Source of the DNA: Antedon mediterranea
Lineage: Eukaryota > Animalia > Echinodermata
Reading direction: 5' to 3'
Assembly (NCBI RefSeq): GCF_964355755.1
Contig: NC_092677.1
Span: 24,601,175-24,665,174 of the forward strand
DNA: 64,000 nucleotides
The notes below the pieces were generated by a model. That model did no database searches and had not been told where the DNA came from. It was given only the letters and a program-made list of their open reading frames with translations. A program made the position numbers and the translations under genes. Positions within the stretch are counted from its first letter, which is position 1; the number at the start of each line of letters is the position of its first letter. Below, one piece after another: positions 40,476 to 55,200 of the stretch.

Positions 40476-42786
40476 TTAATACATTATCATCAGTAAGTCG
40501 TTTTCACATTGTTCATTCCACTTAACGGTATTACTTTTACTCTTTAAAGTTAAATCAACCAATGGCTTAGCAATATCGGCATAGTTCTGTACAAATTTTC
40601 TGTAATAGCCAGTTAATCCGAGAAATGATCGGACTTGTTTCTTAGACAAAGGTCTGGGGAACTTTTCCACAGCCTCAACCTTATCAATCATGGGTCTAAT
40701 TTCTCCATTACCAATCTTATGCCCCAGAAATTCTACCTGAGCATAGGCAATTTTACATTTCAAAGGCTTTGCTGTCAATCCAGCACTACTTAATCTTTCT
40801 AATACATCATTCAAATGAAAAATATGATCTTTCCAAGTTTGACTATAAATACATATGTCATCTATATATGCCTTAGCATATCCCTCAGTACCTTGTAATA
40901 CCTTATCCATTAATCTTTGGAAAGTACTAGAGCTATTTTGCATACCAAATGGAAGTACATTGTAACAATACTGTCCAAATTGTGTAATAAACGCTGATTT
41001 GTCTTTGGTCTTAGGATCCAGAGGCACCTGGTAAAATCCTTTAGTTAGATCTAATGTAGTTATGTATTTTGCGGATGATACCTCATCCAACATTTCGTCT
41101 ATGCGAGGCATAACATAAGGGTCAAATTGTGTAGTCTTATTTAGTGATCTAAAATCTGTCACCATTCTAATTTGATTCTGGCCTTTCTTCAGGGCAATAA
41201 TAGGTGCAGCATAGGCACTAACTGTAGGTTCTATTATACCCATAGCCAACATACTATCTAATTCTTCTTTCAATTTACCCTTTAATGCTTGGGGCGTTCT
41301 ATATGCCCTATGCCTTATAGGCATTTCACCATTAGTCTTAATTTCATGTGTCACTAAGTGAGTTCTACCTGGTACATCCGAGAATACATTCTGTTGGTAC
41401 TTTAACAATTCTGTTAATTGTTTAGTTTGTGTATCATTTAAATTACTACTAATGTTAACATCTCTCCATGTTTGTGATTGATGATAAGACAATCCTATGT
41501 CTATTTCACTATCTAACTCATTGTCATGGACTGTTTCATTTAAGTCTACTTCTTCTATCGACTGAACATTTGTTACTACATAATAACCATCTTTACTTAT
41601 TTCTACTTTATCATACCATCTCTTTAACATATTAACATGTAGAATTTGTTTTTCTTTTCTTCTACCTCCTATGTATATTTCATAATTTACATCATTGACC
41701 TTTTTAGTAACAGTGAAGGGGCCTTGCCATTTACTGTCTAACTTACTATTTCCTACTGGAAGGAATATCAACACTTTGTCCCCTTCTACAAATTCTCTAT
41801 CAATAGCATTCTTGTTATAATTGTGGGACATAATTTCTTGTTGTTCAAGTTTGTTTACATTAGCATCTTTCATTAATTCCTCCATTTTTTCTCTTATTTC
41901 TAACATGTATTTGATAACATCAGTAGATGTTTCTTCATCTTCTACCCAATTACTTTTGAGTAAACTCAAGGGTCCCCTCACCTCTCTACCATAAAGCAAT
42001 TTAAAAGGTGAATGGCCCGTCGCTTTACTAGGAACTTCTCTGTATGCAAACAGAAAGGGGGGTATGTATTTATCCCAATTTTTTCTTTGCTTAACTGTAA
42101 GTTAATGTACCGTGAAATCTTTCAACAAGCCCATTGCTTTGGGGGTGGTACACTGTAGTCTTTAATTGATTAATCCCCAACATACTACATATAGATTGCA
42201 TAATTGAAGACATGAAATTAGTTCCTTGATCATGTACAATCTCTTCGGGTAATCCTACTCTAGTAAAGACTTCTATTAGAGCCCTGGCTACTGTTTCAGC
42301 TCTAACATTGGGTAACGGGGTAGCATCCGGATATCTCGTAGCATAGTCAATTATAGTAAGCATATATTTGTTATTACGGCTTGTTCTAGATAAGGGTCCA
42401 ACAATGTCTATCGCTATACGTTTAAATGGTGTACTTATAATCGGTAATGGTATCAAAGTATGTTTCCTTTTACTTTTACCCTTATCTACCTTTTGGCATT
42501 CCTTACAGACTTTACAATAGACTACAACATCTTTAAATATACCTGGCCAATAGAATTGGTTCAGGATCCTACTTTTTGTTTTCTCAACACCCATGTGACC
42601 TGCAAATGGCACATTATGACCTAAGTGTAATACACCCTGTCTACACTGAGTGGGTAATACAATCTGTTCCACTTGGTTATTCTTATCTTTAATACTACTC
42701 CAATTTCTCATCAATATACCTTGTCTCATAAAGAAACATACCCTATGCTGACCTATTTCTTCTATAGGGACTACCCTGTCAAACAC
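40476..42786 (-). pseudogene. pol: Gypsy pol (integrase then reverse transcriptase), frameshifted
   Basis: ORF 42091-42786 is the integrase core; ORF 40476-41999 is the integrase C-terminus (WQGPF) plus RT. Confidence 0.85.
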
Positions 42787-43200
42787 TCCTTTGAGTTTGC
42801 AATTTGATCAGTTCTTGTTTAGTTAGGTTCAGCTTGTGCTGTTGTTCATAAGTTTTATGTTTGACTGTTTTATCTTTAGCTTTATCCTCATTTTCGTCAA
42901 ACAAATTATTCATTTCTGTTCCATTCATATCATCTAAACACTTAGTTTTATTTACTTTGTTGTCATTTACTACTGTTTTCAACAATTGTACATTAGTTTC
43001 TTTAGGCGGCTCTTCTATCGGCTTAAAGTTACTATCTTTCCCTAACAATATCATTTCGTCTTGTATTCTAACATCATTTTCTATTCTGGCTTGCTCCCTA
43101 GTTAGGACGAACATTTCTTTAGCCATTGTTTCCCCACAATTCTGGTCCAAATCATGACCCAATAACATATCCCTCTGTAATCCTTCGATTACGGCTACAA

Positions 43201-44643
43201 TCACTTTTCCTGTGTCACTATCTTACTTTCTATAGCTACCTCAGCTAAGGGGACGGTAATATCGCCTCCTATACCTCTTAACGTAACCCATTTTCCTGGC
43301 AAGTAACATTTGTTAGGCACTAGACTTTCCTTAACAGCTGACTGGGTACATCCCGAGTCTCTAAGCATAGTTATATCCTGTCCTTCTAATTTTCCTGGTA
43401 TTATACACTTCTCCATTTTATTTTCTACACTATCCATAACTACTTGGGGTCTATCTGATTTTATTCCTTCACATCTTAAGCCATTTTTCACATTCGGGCC
43501 CTTCTTAGTGTCACTAGTCTTTCCTTTTGCTACCATCTTAGGACAATCCCCTATTTTATGTCCCTTCTCCTTACAATTGAAGCATAGGCCATTAATCCAT
43601 TCATTTGAAGGTTCTCTCTGTTGGAAATTTCTACCATAGTTATGGAATTTGCCTCCCCTTCCGCGATACCTATTGTATCCTTGCTGCCTAGCTCCAGGGT
43701 TGTTCTGAGTCGTACCATTCTTAGGGTTACTATTTTCTTGGCCCTTATGATACGTAGCCTTATTTTCAGAATTTACGGTATTCCAATAGCCACGGCCACC
43801 TCTATTAGCTATATAATCATCGGCTATCATAGCCATATCATAGCTCTTATTTACTTGTTTATCTCTAAGATAAAGCCTCAGATCTTCAGGCATTTTATCA
43901 AGTGCCTGTTCCATTATAATCATTTCAATAATGCCTGCAGCATCATCTTCTTTTACATTAGCACATTTCATCCAACATTTTAAATAATGGGAGAGCTCAT
44001 TCAGCCATTCCCTGATGGACATATCTTTAACTCTGTTTGAATTTCTAAATTTAAATCTGTAGGTCTCTGCGGACACATCATACTTTTCTAAGATTGCCTT
44101 CTTTAAGGTATCATAATCTACACATTCTTTTACGGTTAAGGATGCATATGCTGTCCTAGCTTTACCAGACAGTTCAGGTGCTAACCTAGCGGACCACGTA
44201 TTCTTATCCCAACCTGTGGCTTCTGCCAAGTGTTCAAATGTTCTAAAATATATATCAATATCATCTGATTCCTTCAAAGTAGGAACCTTTACCTTCATTT
44301 CATCTACTATATTCCTAGCATTACTGTAGCTAGACCTATTTTCTAATTCCATCATTTTCACTCTTTCTTGTGATTCAATTTTTCTTTGCTCTATATCTGC
44401 TTCTAATCTTAATTGGTCTTGTTGGTATTGTAATTCTAACTTTTTGTTTTCGGCCTCGGCCTCGAACTTCATTCGAAAATATTCGAGCATCATATCTTTA
44501 GGCATACCGCCGGGTATTTCGGGCAAATCAATATCCCTAGCCATGTTATCATACATTTCATTGACTTGGTCAACCATATCTTCCCTAGTATCTTTGTCTG
44601 ACATAGTCTTATCTATATTTTTACCCGATCTTAAAGTTGTCAT
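43201..44643 (-). CDS. gag: Gypsy gag-protease
   Basis: 480-aa ORF with coiled coil, capsid/SCAN-like region, zinc knuckle and DSG protease motif. Confidence 0.85.
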   Translation of the reverse strand: MTTLRSGKNIDKTMSDKDTREDMVDQVNEMYDNMARDIDLPEIPGGMPKDMMLEYFRMKFEAEAENKKLELQYQQDQLRLEADIEQRKIESQERVKMMELENRSSYSNARNIVDEMKVKVPTLKESDDIDIYFRTFEHLAEATGWDKNTWSARLAPELSGKARTAYASLTVKECVDYDTLKKAILEKYDVSAETYRFKFRNSNRVKDMSIREWLNELSHYLKCWMKCANVKEDDAAGIIEMIIMEQALDKMPEDLRLYLRDKQVNKSYDMAMIADDYIANRGGRGYWNTVNSENKATYHKGQENSNPKNGTTQNNPGARQQGYNRYRGRGGKFHNYGRNFQQREPSNEWINGLCFNCKEKGHKIGDCPKMVAKGKTSDTKKGPNVKNGLRCEGIKSDRPQVVMDSVENKMEKCIIPGKLEGQDITMLRDSGCTQSAVKESLVPNKCYLPGKWVTLRGIGGDITVPLAEVAIESKIVTQEK

Positions 44644-45167
44644 GCTAATAACAATTTTACTAATGAAATATGTAAACTTATGTATACAAAATATGTTATA
44701 AAAGTATGTGTATTACCTTGATTCCATTCAGATATGTAAAAATATTAAATCCACATAAATTTTTAAATGCAATACAATCTAAGACATTAATTTACTTCAA
44801 AGTCACAAACAACGTTCCAAGTTCGCTCCGTACAAAAATTTACTTTCGAAATAAATAATAGTTTACAAAGTCAGCTTTGCAAATCTTCTCCAAATTTACT
44901 GGGCTTCCTTCTGTTACTTCAGTCTTCTTCTTTCAGACCTCGGTGAATATATACAGTATCTCCGATGAATATCCAGCAGTCTTGAGCTCAACAGTACTTC
45001 TTCTTCGTTGTAATATCCAAACAACGCACGGTATAAAAACTGTCAGGAATCCAGATCTTCGTAACCATTTAACTTTTTGGTTACTGATTTAACAGGCCCG
45101 TAGAGTAGGCACTGTCACTTCTTCTTCTTCTTCTTCTTGATACTTAAATCATGTAAACAAAAATTTT

Positions 45168-45573
45168 CACCGCTGCCACCATGTAGTGAATTTATCTTTT
45201 AGTTGGTTCCGAGCTTTCTCAGGCGTATATATTTCCACGCGACGTACACAGCTGTCACTGAATGATAACTCATACAAAAAGTATATTTAACTCAACTAGA
45301 ACTTTTATTCCTTGTAATTCAATTAATACATCTTTCTACCACTACCAGTCAAGCCTTATTATATTCTTTATCATCTTTTCGTTTATCTACTCTGATCTTA
45401 TTCTCTCTTCTCCTTAATATCTATTACATTCCACTTTTATACTGGACATGCAAATTTTAGGCTTCAGAGGAGGATAACATTTTCCCTCCAAAAATTATAC
45501 GATTTTGATTGGCTAATAATATAAGGCGGACCTGGTCTAAAGCATCCTTCTCTAAACACAGAGAATCACAACA
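45168..45573 (-). repeat. 5' LTR (45182-45573) and tRNA-Leu-type primer binding site (45168-45181)
   Basis: LTR ends tgtagtga...tcacaaca (7/8 inverted match). The adjacent minus-strand TGGTGGCAGCGGTG is complementary to the CACCGCTGCCACCA 3' end of eukaryotic tRNA-Leu. Confidence 0.7.
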
Positions 45574-45589
45574 TCAATAATATGACAAC

Positions 45590-45790
45590 AGTGTATACCA
45601 CGATCGGAAAACACCCCTATTTGGGGCAAATCGTTGAACCTAAATTCGTTTTAATCGTCAATAACTAATTATTCTAACCTAATTTAATTAGTAAACAGGG
45701 TTACATCAGGTGGTTAAAATCAGTACCGAAAGTACGAACCAAGGCGCGATTTACCGAATTTTGCCCTTACGTAAATTTATATATAGATTA
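45590..45790. mobile_element. Dispersed repeat fragment; inverted copy at ~51295-51530
   Basis: gatcggaaaacacccctatttggggcaaatcg...ttttgcccttacgtaaatttatatatagat matches the reverse complement of 51296-51528. Confidence 0.7.
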
Positions 45791-46254
45791 ATAGCAGTCA
45801 ATTAAACACTTAAGGTATACATTTAAAAGAATTACCAAATCAGTTTAGTCAAATTTAATGTAGTTATTTAATTTTATGTATATCATTTATTGGTAATTAA
45901 AGCAATCAATTTGCATTTGACAAAAGTTTAATTGTAGATTTGAATGATACATTTTATGTAATTAACTAAAAATATATTTGGAGAAGGCCTACTGGTATAT
46001 ATAAATATTGAGCTAGTAAATGTGTATTATAAATAGAGAATTTGTAAACATTTGATATAGGCCTATTGAGAACAGATTCAGTGATTGTTCAAATGTTGGT
46101 AAGAAGAATAAACACTAGTAGTAATTTGTAGTAAATAGCCTTGTCGAATTACTAATAAATGTATTAAATAAATGTTGTTTCTGTCAAAAGTATTTACGGT
46201 CTTTTGTGCGTTTTATTCCGTTCATTATACATAAAATAGTGTAAACAATTACAT

Positions 46255-47194
46255 AGAATGTCACAGCTGCAATGCGGCAAATACACCAACGGTTGATCAG
46301 AAACAAACAGTAAGTGTTTTAGAGACTTAAAAACTCGGCCTATTTAAAAGATGGTCTTTAATAGACATATAAACAAGGCCAACAGCCATTAAGTCGCGTG
46401 CTACAATGCATAGTGATACCGGACCGACAGACAGACAGACCGACCGACAGACCGACCGACCGACAGACCGACCGACCGACAGACCGACCGACCGACCGAC
46501 CAACCTACCAACTGACCGAAATTACTGAACATGTTTAAAAATGTTGAAATGTTTAAAAACATTTATATTTTTTTAATTTACACGTGCGTAGCCTGTCACT
46601 TTTGACGTGCTCGTATAACGTAATTTCGAGTTGAAAAGTAAGTCAAGAAAACAGAAATCGGGCAAAAAGAGTGCGTAATAACATTTAACGCGCAGTGCGC
46701 GCGCAAAAATATGCGCACTCATGGCAATTTTGTAAACGCTTAAAATTGCCTGAAACGTACTCTTATTTCATCGAAAATAAATTTTGAAAATTTTAAACGC
46801 GCGTACGCATGCGTTACATACGCTACGCACGTAATTGTATTGCCATATGATGATTTATGCCCTGAAATTTATGAGTACCAAATTTTATTTAATTGTGATT
46901 CATGGTTGTGAAGATATGATTACAAACGTGATTTCGTTAAATCGTGCGTAGACCGCGTAATTTTTTATTACGCACCGTGAAAACATAACCACATCGATTC
47001 CTGGCCATAAGGAATATACTGTGAAAAATTGACTTAACTAGGTTAAACTGATATCAAGATAAGGTCAGAAAGCGATAAAACGCATAGTGATACCGGACCG
47101 ACAGACAGACCGACAGACCGACCGACAGACAGACCGACAGACATACCGACCGACCGACATAGTGAACTATAGAGTCGCGTCCACGCGACTAAAA
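46255..47194 (-). mobile_element. Helentron-associated/DINE-1-like element with (GTCG/GTCT)n microsatellites
   Basis: The minus strand begins tttttagtcgcgtggacgcgact (hairpin) followed by a (gtcg/gtct)n block; a second microsatellite block lies at 46420-46510. It is absent from the homologous region downstream of gene B (~30960). Confidence 0.7.
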
Positions 47195-49231
47195 ATATAG
47201 CAGACATTTATGAGGTATTTGTTTCTACATAGTTTTCAACGTTATAGTAGCAAAGTAGTATAAAGACTACAGTAAATGAATGTATAAAAACGAATTTATA
47301 GAAACCACCATTTTATTTTGGAAGCCTTTATAGGTAAAGTCTATACAGTTAGTAACTTTTACAATGTCTAACTGCTTTAGGGTTTGGATATAATAATATA
47401 GAGAATTATCTTACGCCCCGACAGTTCCATTGTACTATTATCAATAGAAAGACCTATTTTCAAAAAACTTTTTATTAAATTGCAATCAAGCAGAAAGTAA
47501 TATACAGTACTAATACTAGTGTACTGAGGCCTGCCATGGAATAGTGTGTACCGTCTACTGTACAGGAAAATTATAGAATAATTACAGGCTTGTTCCATAA
47601 GTACACACGAAAATCGAGTGATATAATAACTCCTGGATGTCACGTCCAGTGTTGCTGTAAAAATACGGCACAGGCAGGACTGATTGATTTAAATTTTCTA
47701 TTAAAAAGCACAGGTAAGTTTTAAAAATTGAATAATATTTTTATACAAGGTTAGTATAAGACAATGCTTAAAATATTGTTAACTGAGGTTAAGTTAAACC
47801 ACTGTAGACCACTAAATATGTATATCACAGTAAGCAATCGTATAGGCATGTTTTAAGGTCTGCCATTATTAAACAGTTGCCAGCGTTTTTTTGCTTGCAA
47901 TGAATCAATTTTCTATGATTATAAAAATAACGTGGATTGTATAACGACAGTATATAGACCACTCCTAACACGAAATGCATTGTGGGCGTTATAGTGGTGT
48001 GCATTGTGGATCATGATTATACAGTACCATTGGAATCGCGTTAAGTTTGCGAAATGCATTGTGGGCGGTATGAGATGTGTATTATGGAACAGTGGGCCAA
48101 ACTCAGAATCATTATTCTATGAATATATCATTGTATAAAACAGACTATTCACGTCAAGTTTGGGTGTAATGGGATTGCGGAACGGTGATGGGTAGATGCA
48201 ACTAAATTTTAGTTTGGAGTTCGTTATTAGCGAAAATGCAATTCGTGCAATCCCATTATCAAGATTATGGAGCACAGTGTTTTGAGGTTGACCTTGTAAC
48301 AAAAATACACTTTGGAATTTCTAAACTATTCTACATTCTTAAAAATAGATCTACACAATTTGATAATAATGCATAACAATGATAAACGCAATCAATATGG
48401 CTGTGATTTACAAATAGTGGCTATTAAGCGGAATGACACACCTCCAAAACATGCGAAATTATTACAGTTGGTATCATCTTACAGATAGGTCGTTCTAATA
48501 CAACATGTCTTTCAATGTCATTTCAATCTATTATCTATATTTGATAAATATTAAAAACTAATACTATTTTACAGAAAACCATAAAAACTTCTATTAGAAA
48601 CAAATCAGGAAAATCATACCATATAACTTTGTGTGGCACGGTTAAATCACGAAGGAATAAATTGCTCCATGGTTGAACATAGATGGTCATTTATACTGTC
48701 ATTTGTAAGGTTAACGGGACTAGTCGCAATATGGGTTTCCTAAAGGCCAACTCAGACAGCGTCGTACGACAAGGCCCGACGAGTCGTCTTGTCGGGAAAA
48801 AATTTAACATTTAAAAGTTCTCGCGACGACCTAAGAATTACGCCCGACGCTATCGCAAGACAACTCGTATCGTCGGGATTCAACTCAGACGTTTCGTATT
48901 TGTTATAATGATCATTGATGAAACGTATTTTCTGTCTAGAGGGCACACTAAATAGAAAATGAAAGTTCTTACAATGTCAACTTGAATGTTTTAAACGAAA
49001 TATAAAGTTCCTGTATACCACTGTATTGGTCTGCTCGCCTAATTGTAACATTTAAAGTCATATCATAAAAGGGAGGTGCGCGAGTGAGTCACAATCTTGA
49101 GAGTGTACCGTACTGAATAAATATGTTTCAGCTGAAAAGGCATCATACATGGCACTCTCAGACATTAAGTATAAAGATAATAAAACGTAACTATGAAGCT
49201 AATTACTAACACTTTCTTTTACAGTAACATA

Positions 49232-52200
49232 ATGGAGGATAGATTTACAGACTTTCTTCAAGAATTCAGTGATGCCTATCCCGGGGAAGATGTACAGGAG
49301 TTAAGATTACTTCTACATCATCACCTACCGATTGGTATATTGGCACGTGACAACTTAGGAATGAATTTATTTACTGAACTCAAGCATAAAGGTCTTATCG
49401 CATACCATGATGTTAACATTATGTCAGAAATGGCAGACGTGACAGAAAACGCTGACGCAAAAGCCAGTGTAATGAGATACAAACAAGAAGTTGATGGTTT
49501 CGGTCCGTATCGGGAAAGTTTGAAGGAAAGGCGTAAACAGCTTTATAAAGCTATGTGTAGTATAACAGAAACTGCGAGAGGTGATTTTCAAAAATTGATT
49601 GCGTTCTACGACCTAAGTTCATACAGATTTACAAATAAATGGGATTTAGTATTTGATCTGGAGAAAGAACTCAAATTAAATACACTGGATGAGGATAGTT
49701 TTACGAAATTTGCCAATCAGTTGAATCCAAGTGCAAAAAGGATATTACTGGGTACGTTTTAAATAATTATCAACATTATTCCCACGGTTAACGTTGCACA
49801 AGTCTATTTTCCATTTACAAGTCCCTTTCCAATTATTTTTTAGTGGTCTTTAGTTGCTTTTGTCTCTAATTAGAATCCCTCTAACTAAAAACCGGCACTA
49901 GAATTGGTCTCTAAATTACCTATTCGAGGGAAATTAAATGTCAGAATGATTATCTTCGTCCCTGAAGAAGGCTAAAGGTAAATATAATCGAGTTGGTTTG
50001 TCTGCCCTTCTGTCCAGTTGTGTGTATTTGTCTATTCAATGGATGATACCCACCCTAAAAATGGATTAAGTTTATTTTTAAAGTAGTCTTTAATATTGGA
50101 GCGAACATTTGAAGGAAACTGTTAATTAGTTTAAAACCGTGGTCTTTTGTCTCTAATTAGATAGAGTCTTTAATTGAAGAGAGCAGCTAATGATAAAAAT
50201 AAGAGATCATCCCATCCAGGCAGTGTTAAAGCTGTCTTTAATTGGAAGAAGTCATGTACTTTTACATGTTTGGTATTCCCCGTCGACATGTTTTTCATAT
50301 TTTGGATAAATTGATAATAGAAAAACATCGGCGTTCATTTCGCTCTGAGCACATTTTGACAGAAACTATAGGATGTCGGGAGTTCTAAATTTTTACCCCA
50401 TAACGAGAATACCTGAGAATACTTTTTCTAGGATGGGACTCGAACCCACGACCTTCAGGTCACTAGCCTGGCGTTCATACCGCTCAGACAACCGAGCTTG
50501 TGCTGATGCATAGGGTAAGATTCGAGCCCAAGTAAGTAGTGGGTACTAACACCAACAGGGCTATATTAACGAACTGTGGAGTAGCTTTGCGTCAGGGGGA
50601 GTTGAGTAATTGGTCAGACATTTTGCCCTACTCTGACGTAATTTAATTTAATACATTTGCGAATTTACATGACGTAGTTTGGTCGTCAGCGGTCGTCGTT
50701 AATCGAAAGCTCCCTAATACATTCATTCATTCAGGCTTATCGCCTGACTTTATTTACTTTAGGCCTCTGGCCCCTAGTAATTAACAAAATAATAATTACA
50801 TTGAAAAATAAAGCAATTTATGGTCACAAGATAAATGAATTAATTAATTTCGTTCTCTAAGCAAAACATATATCTTAACTTATAAGCATGATACTGTATT
50901 TGTTTACTTTGCTATAAATACAGGTGGACAAGTTGATATAGATAAAAACGAAAATATTGGATTACCAAGAACAGTAATACAGGTAAGTAACCAGTTTATA
51001 CAAATTTAAAGGCGGCATGAGGAATGGAGCTCCAGTTTACATATCGAATACTTTTAAAGAATAATACCGGAATATAAAAAGGGCCAAAGTCCATCATTTG
51101 ACCAAATTGAGTTAAACATAGAAAAAAACTTAGGCATAGGGCTACCTTGTGTATGAATTATGGACCGAAGTCCACTCATTAAGTACTATTAACACGTGGT
51201 AGAAAACCGGTATGTATAAAAGAAAGGCCCAGCTCCAGGGACTTGGACCTTTCTTACACACAATATAGATAGCATCCTCTGTTGACGAATATGTATCTAT
51301 ATATAAATTTACGTAAGGGCAAAATTCGGTAAATCGCGCCTTACTTCTAGAATGTTTACTCGATGGTATATAAAGTTAGTTCGTACTTTCGGTACTGATT
51401 TTAACCACCTGATGTAACCCTGTTTACTAATTAAATTGAGTTAGACAATCAGTTTTTGACAATTAAAACGAATTTAGGTTTAACGATTTGCCCCAAATAG
51501 GGGTGTTTTCCGATCGCGGTATAAACTGTCTAATGGATGTCTATCTTGAAAAATACCGCACACAATAATACGAGGATGCTTCGCATTTTTCTATCTCCTC
51601 CTACGATAATTGTTTTTAATAGATGAAAACCGGTTGAACAGCTCGAGTACAGCATCATAATGTTGAAGACAGGCCGATTTTCTTTTAAAAAAATACTACT
51701 TTTGATAGATTTAATATACGTTTATACAAATGTATTGATTTCTGATGAATGGAACATTCCAATATAACTATTTGGTTTAAAACAAGTACCAGCTGTAGGT
51801 AAATTTATTGGCCCTTGGGGAATTAACCTGGAACCTATTGGACAGTACTGTAAATACGTATTAACCATTTTTGGACACATATTACTGTGAGTGTGAGTAG
51901 GCCCTACTGTTAGATATATAAACGCAAAATATACAAATAAACTTTTATTACTGACAGTTGCTTCTCAACGTTTGTATTAATTAATAATTACAAAAAATGT
52001 AAACGTCGTAGTAGTGTATCGTTACATGTATTATGCTATTTCAATCGACTAATGACAGTGACAGTTTTAACGAAGTATTAAATCGCCAATGTGTTACTGT
52101 TTCAAGTAGTATATTATTTATAGGCCTATAAAACATGAACACAATATTTCGTTACTGAGTAGATAAAGAATATATTTAAAAATTGTTCTTCTTTGTACCC

Positions 52201-55200
52201 ATCCTCTTCTCCATCCCTCAATCCTAATGTTACATACAAAACACAAATTGGATTTGTTTAAATGCAAAAAATTGGACTCATTTTGTGACAAGTTTCTCTT
52301 TCGGAAGTAATTCCCATGGTGCTAATTTTAGTTGACTACATAAATCATTGTGTCTATTTATTCGTTTCTGTAAACGACAATAATTATAGTCCTGCGGTAC
52401 ATTTTTGACGCTGAAATCACTGTGTATTCTAAAACCATCTAGTGTTATAAATTATGCTTAATTCTGACTTCGGGACAAATCTCTCCGCCTTGGATACATA
52501 CATCATCTATCTCAAATGTACCGCGAAACGTAGATTTGATAACATTAGCTCTCACTATTACGATATTGTTATCTTAGGAAGATGTTATAAATGGTTTTAA
52601 AACAAAATTTGTGCTTTCATTGGTAGATTTTTTTGGAAGTAATTTCAGGGTTCACGGTGAGTTCACGGGTTCACCTTGCCACTTTCAACTAAGTTGGCCG
52701 TTGTTGGTGATAGCCATTTTAGATTTTGTTTATTTTCGGACCGCGCGTGTGAAAGGGTCAGTAGATCAAAATTTTACTGCAACTTAATAAAGATAAAATT
52801 AAATATATTCATAAATCATCCAAGTATATTATGGGGAATAGTATATCAAATTACATCGGGAGAACTGATGATAAGAACTTTTGTTTTAAATCGAGTGAAA
52901 CCCCGATAGCCGAGTTGTTGATGAGTAAGCTCAGGAATAACTTCTGCCCATGTTGCAAAACGTCTAAAACGTCTTCTTTCTTGGGCCGAAACGGCCCACT
53001 GTGTCGCGGAAGTTAGTTTCAAAATATGTTTAAACTAAATAATGTATTGATCCAATTAAGATTAAACGCCCAATACCTCCCCAATAAAACATCACTTAGA
53101 ATAATAAACGTCCATCGACATTTATACACACAATATTGTATTATAATTTATAACACTATTATATTGTAGTAGAATTCATCGAACTGTTATCTACAATTTA
53201 TCAAGCATTTGTTATTCTTTTTTACCACTTTTCATATCTATTAGAGGATTTTATTTTATTATAAATGTTACCATATTACTAAAATGCCTTTACATTTTGA
53301 AATTTTATTAGAGACTAAACAAAACAAAAAAGAAATTACGAACGATTTAAAAAAAATCTGGAAAACACATGAAACATTTCAATGGTCCGAAACAAAGGTG
53401 AATAAAGCCAAGGACAAATGGAATGATGAACACATTTTCAAATTTCTTGATGATATTAATGAAAATGTTGAAAAAAGGGATATTGATGAAGCCCTAATTA
53501 ACTTTATAGAACTTTAAAATATGTTTACATAAATACAAAAAAACTAACACAAGTACACAAAAAATGCACAAAATTGCCCAAGAATACATGGTTTGATCAT
53601 CAATGCATAAAAAAGAAAATTATTATTCGTAGCATTCTTAATAAATATAGAAAATACAAAACTAACTAACCTATTAAAGGAGTATCTGTTAAAGAAAAGG
53701 AGTTATAAAAAATTAATAAAATAAAAAAAAATAAACATAACAATTCATCACAACAAAAATTAATCAGGTTAATAAAGGAACATAACAGTACAAAATTTTG
53801 GAAAAACCTTAAAACCAAACGACAACAACACGTGACCAACATTACACTTAAAAAATGACATGATTACTTCAAAACAATGTTCCAAAATCAAACAAATAAT
53901 ATACAAGAAATCAATATAGAAGACGATAACGATAACAATTGCGAACATAACGATTGTTACAATGAAGAAATCAGCCGGAAAGAGGTAATTTATGCAATTA
54001 AAGCACAGAAAAGGGGTAAAGCTCCAGGTATTGATGGATTCCCGATTGAATTTTTTACTTGTATGCCAAATGCTGCTATTAGCGCAATTACGAAAATTTT
54101 TAATAGTATTTTTACCTCTGGAAATTTTCCCCAACAATGGGCAACAAGCATTATTATTCCTATATTTAAAAAGGGAAAAAGAGATCAACCAGCAAATTAT
54201 AGAGGCGTATCCTTAATATCCACTTTAGGCAAGGTGTTTTTATACATTATAAGCAATAGATTAAGCAAATGGACAGAAGAAAATGAAACATTACATCAAG
54301 AGCAGGGAGGGTTTAGAAAAGATTGTCGTACTATTGATAACATATTTATTTTAGACACAATTGTTAACAAATATCTCTCAAAAAAACGAGGAACTGTGTA
54401 CATGGCGTTTATAGATTTAAAACGCGCTTTCGATTCTGTTAGACACGATTTCCTTATAATTAAACTAAGAAAATCTGGTATAAAAGGTAAAATAATCAAA
54501 GTTATAAAAACAATGTATAGTAAATTAAAAGGGCATGTAAAGGTTGGCAACAAAATTGGAGAATCCTTTAAATGTGAAGTAGGAATACAACAAGGGTCAC
54601 CTTTATCTTCATTATTATTAAATATTTTTATTAATGATATAACTGAGTTATTACATACTGCTGAAAATCGAAACAAAATAAAATTGATAACATAAATATT
54701 AATCACCTACTGTATGCAGATGATCTAGTTTTAATCAGTGATACAGTGTACTCATTACAAGATCTTTAAAATAAATTAGCATATTATTGTAATAGGTGGG
54801 GATTGGTAGTTAACATTGACAAAAGTAAAATAATAGGTAGGTGTAGTATTTTAAAAAAATGGAAAACTTAAGAACTACGAAAAGTGGAATTATCTTGGTA
54901 AAGAAATTGAAATAGTAAAATCTCTTAAATATCTTGGAGTCACTTTCGATGGTTCAGGAAATTGTGAAAAGGCCAGAGAACAAAATAATACACAGGCTAA
55001 TAAAGCACTTTTCTCACTCAAAAATATAGTATATCAGAAATATGGACATCTACCAGTGAATATTTGGAACTACTTATTTAATGTTAAAATAAACCAATTA
55101 TACTGTATGGTAGTGAAATATGGGGAAAACTAAACAACAACAAAATTGATGATATTCAAAATAATTTCTGTAGATATGTTTTAGGGGTCGGGAAATCAGC

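Larger units (their letters stand above)
40317..45573 (-). mobile_element. Gmr1-like Ty3/Gypsy LTR retrotransposon (gag-SCAN-CCHC-PR-INT-RT-RH), 3' truncated
   Basis: Minus-strand order: gag with SCAN-like region and CFNCKEKGHKIGDC knuckle, protease LRDSGC, integrase (H..GHMG..C..CQ, DIVGP, DQGTNF, YHPQSNGLVERFH), RT (LPFGM, YIDD), then RNase H start (LQTDASNYGIGAVL) cut at ~40317. Several frameshifts. Confidence 0.92.

Noticed and set aside
50432-50498. Functional tRNA gene (also 15476-15540 and ~16570-16620)
   Set aside because: A/B boxes are present but the acceptor stems do not pair; better explained as SINE heads.
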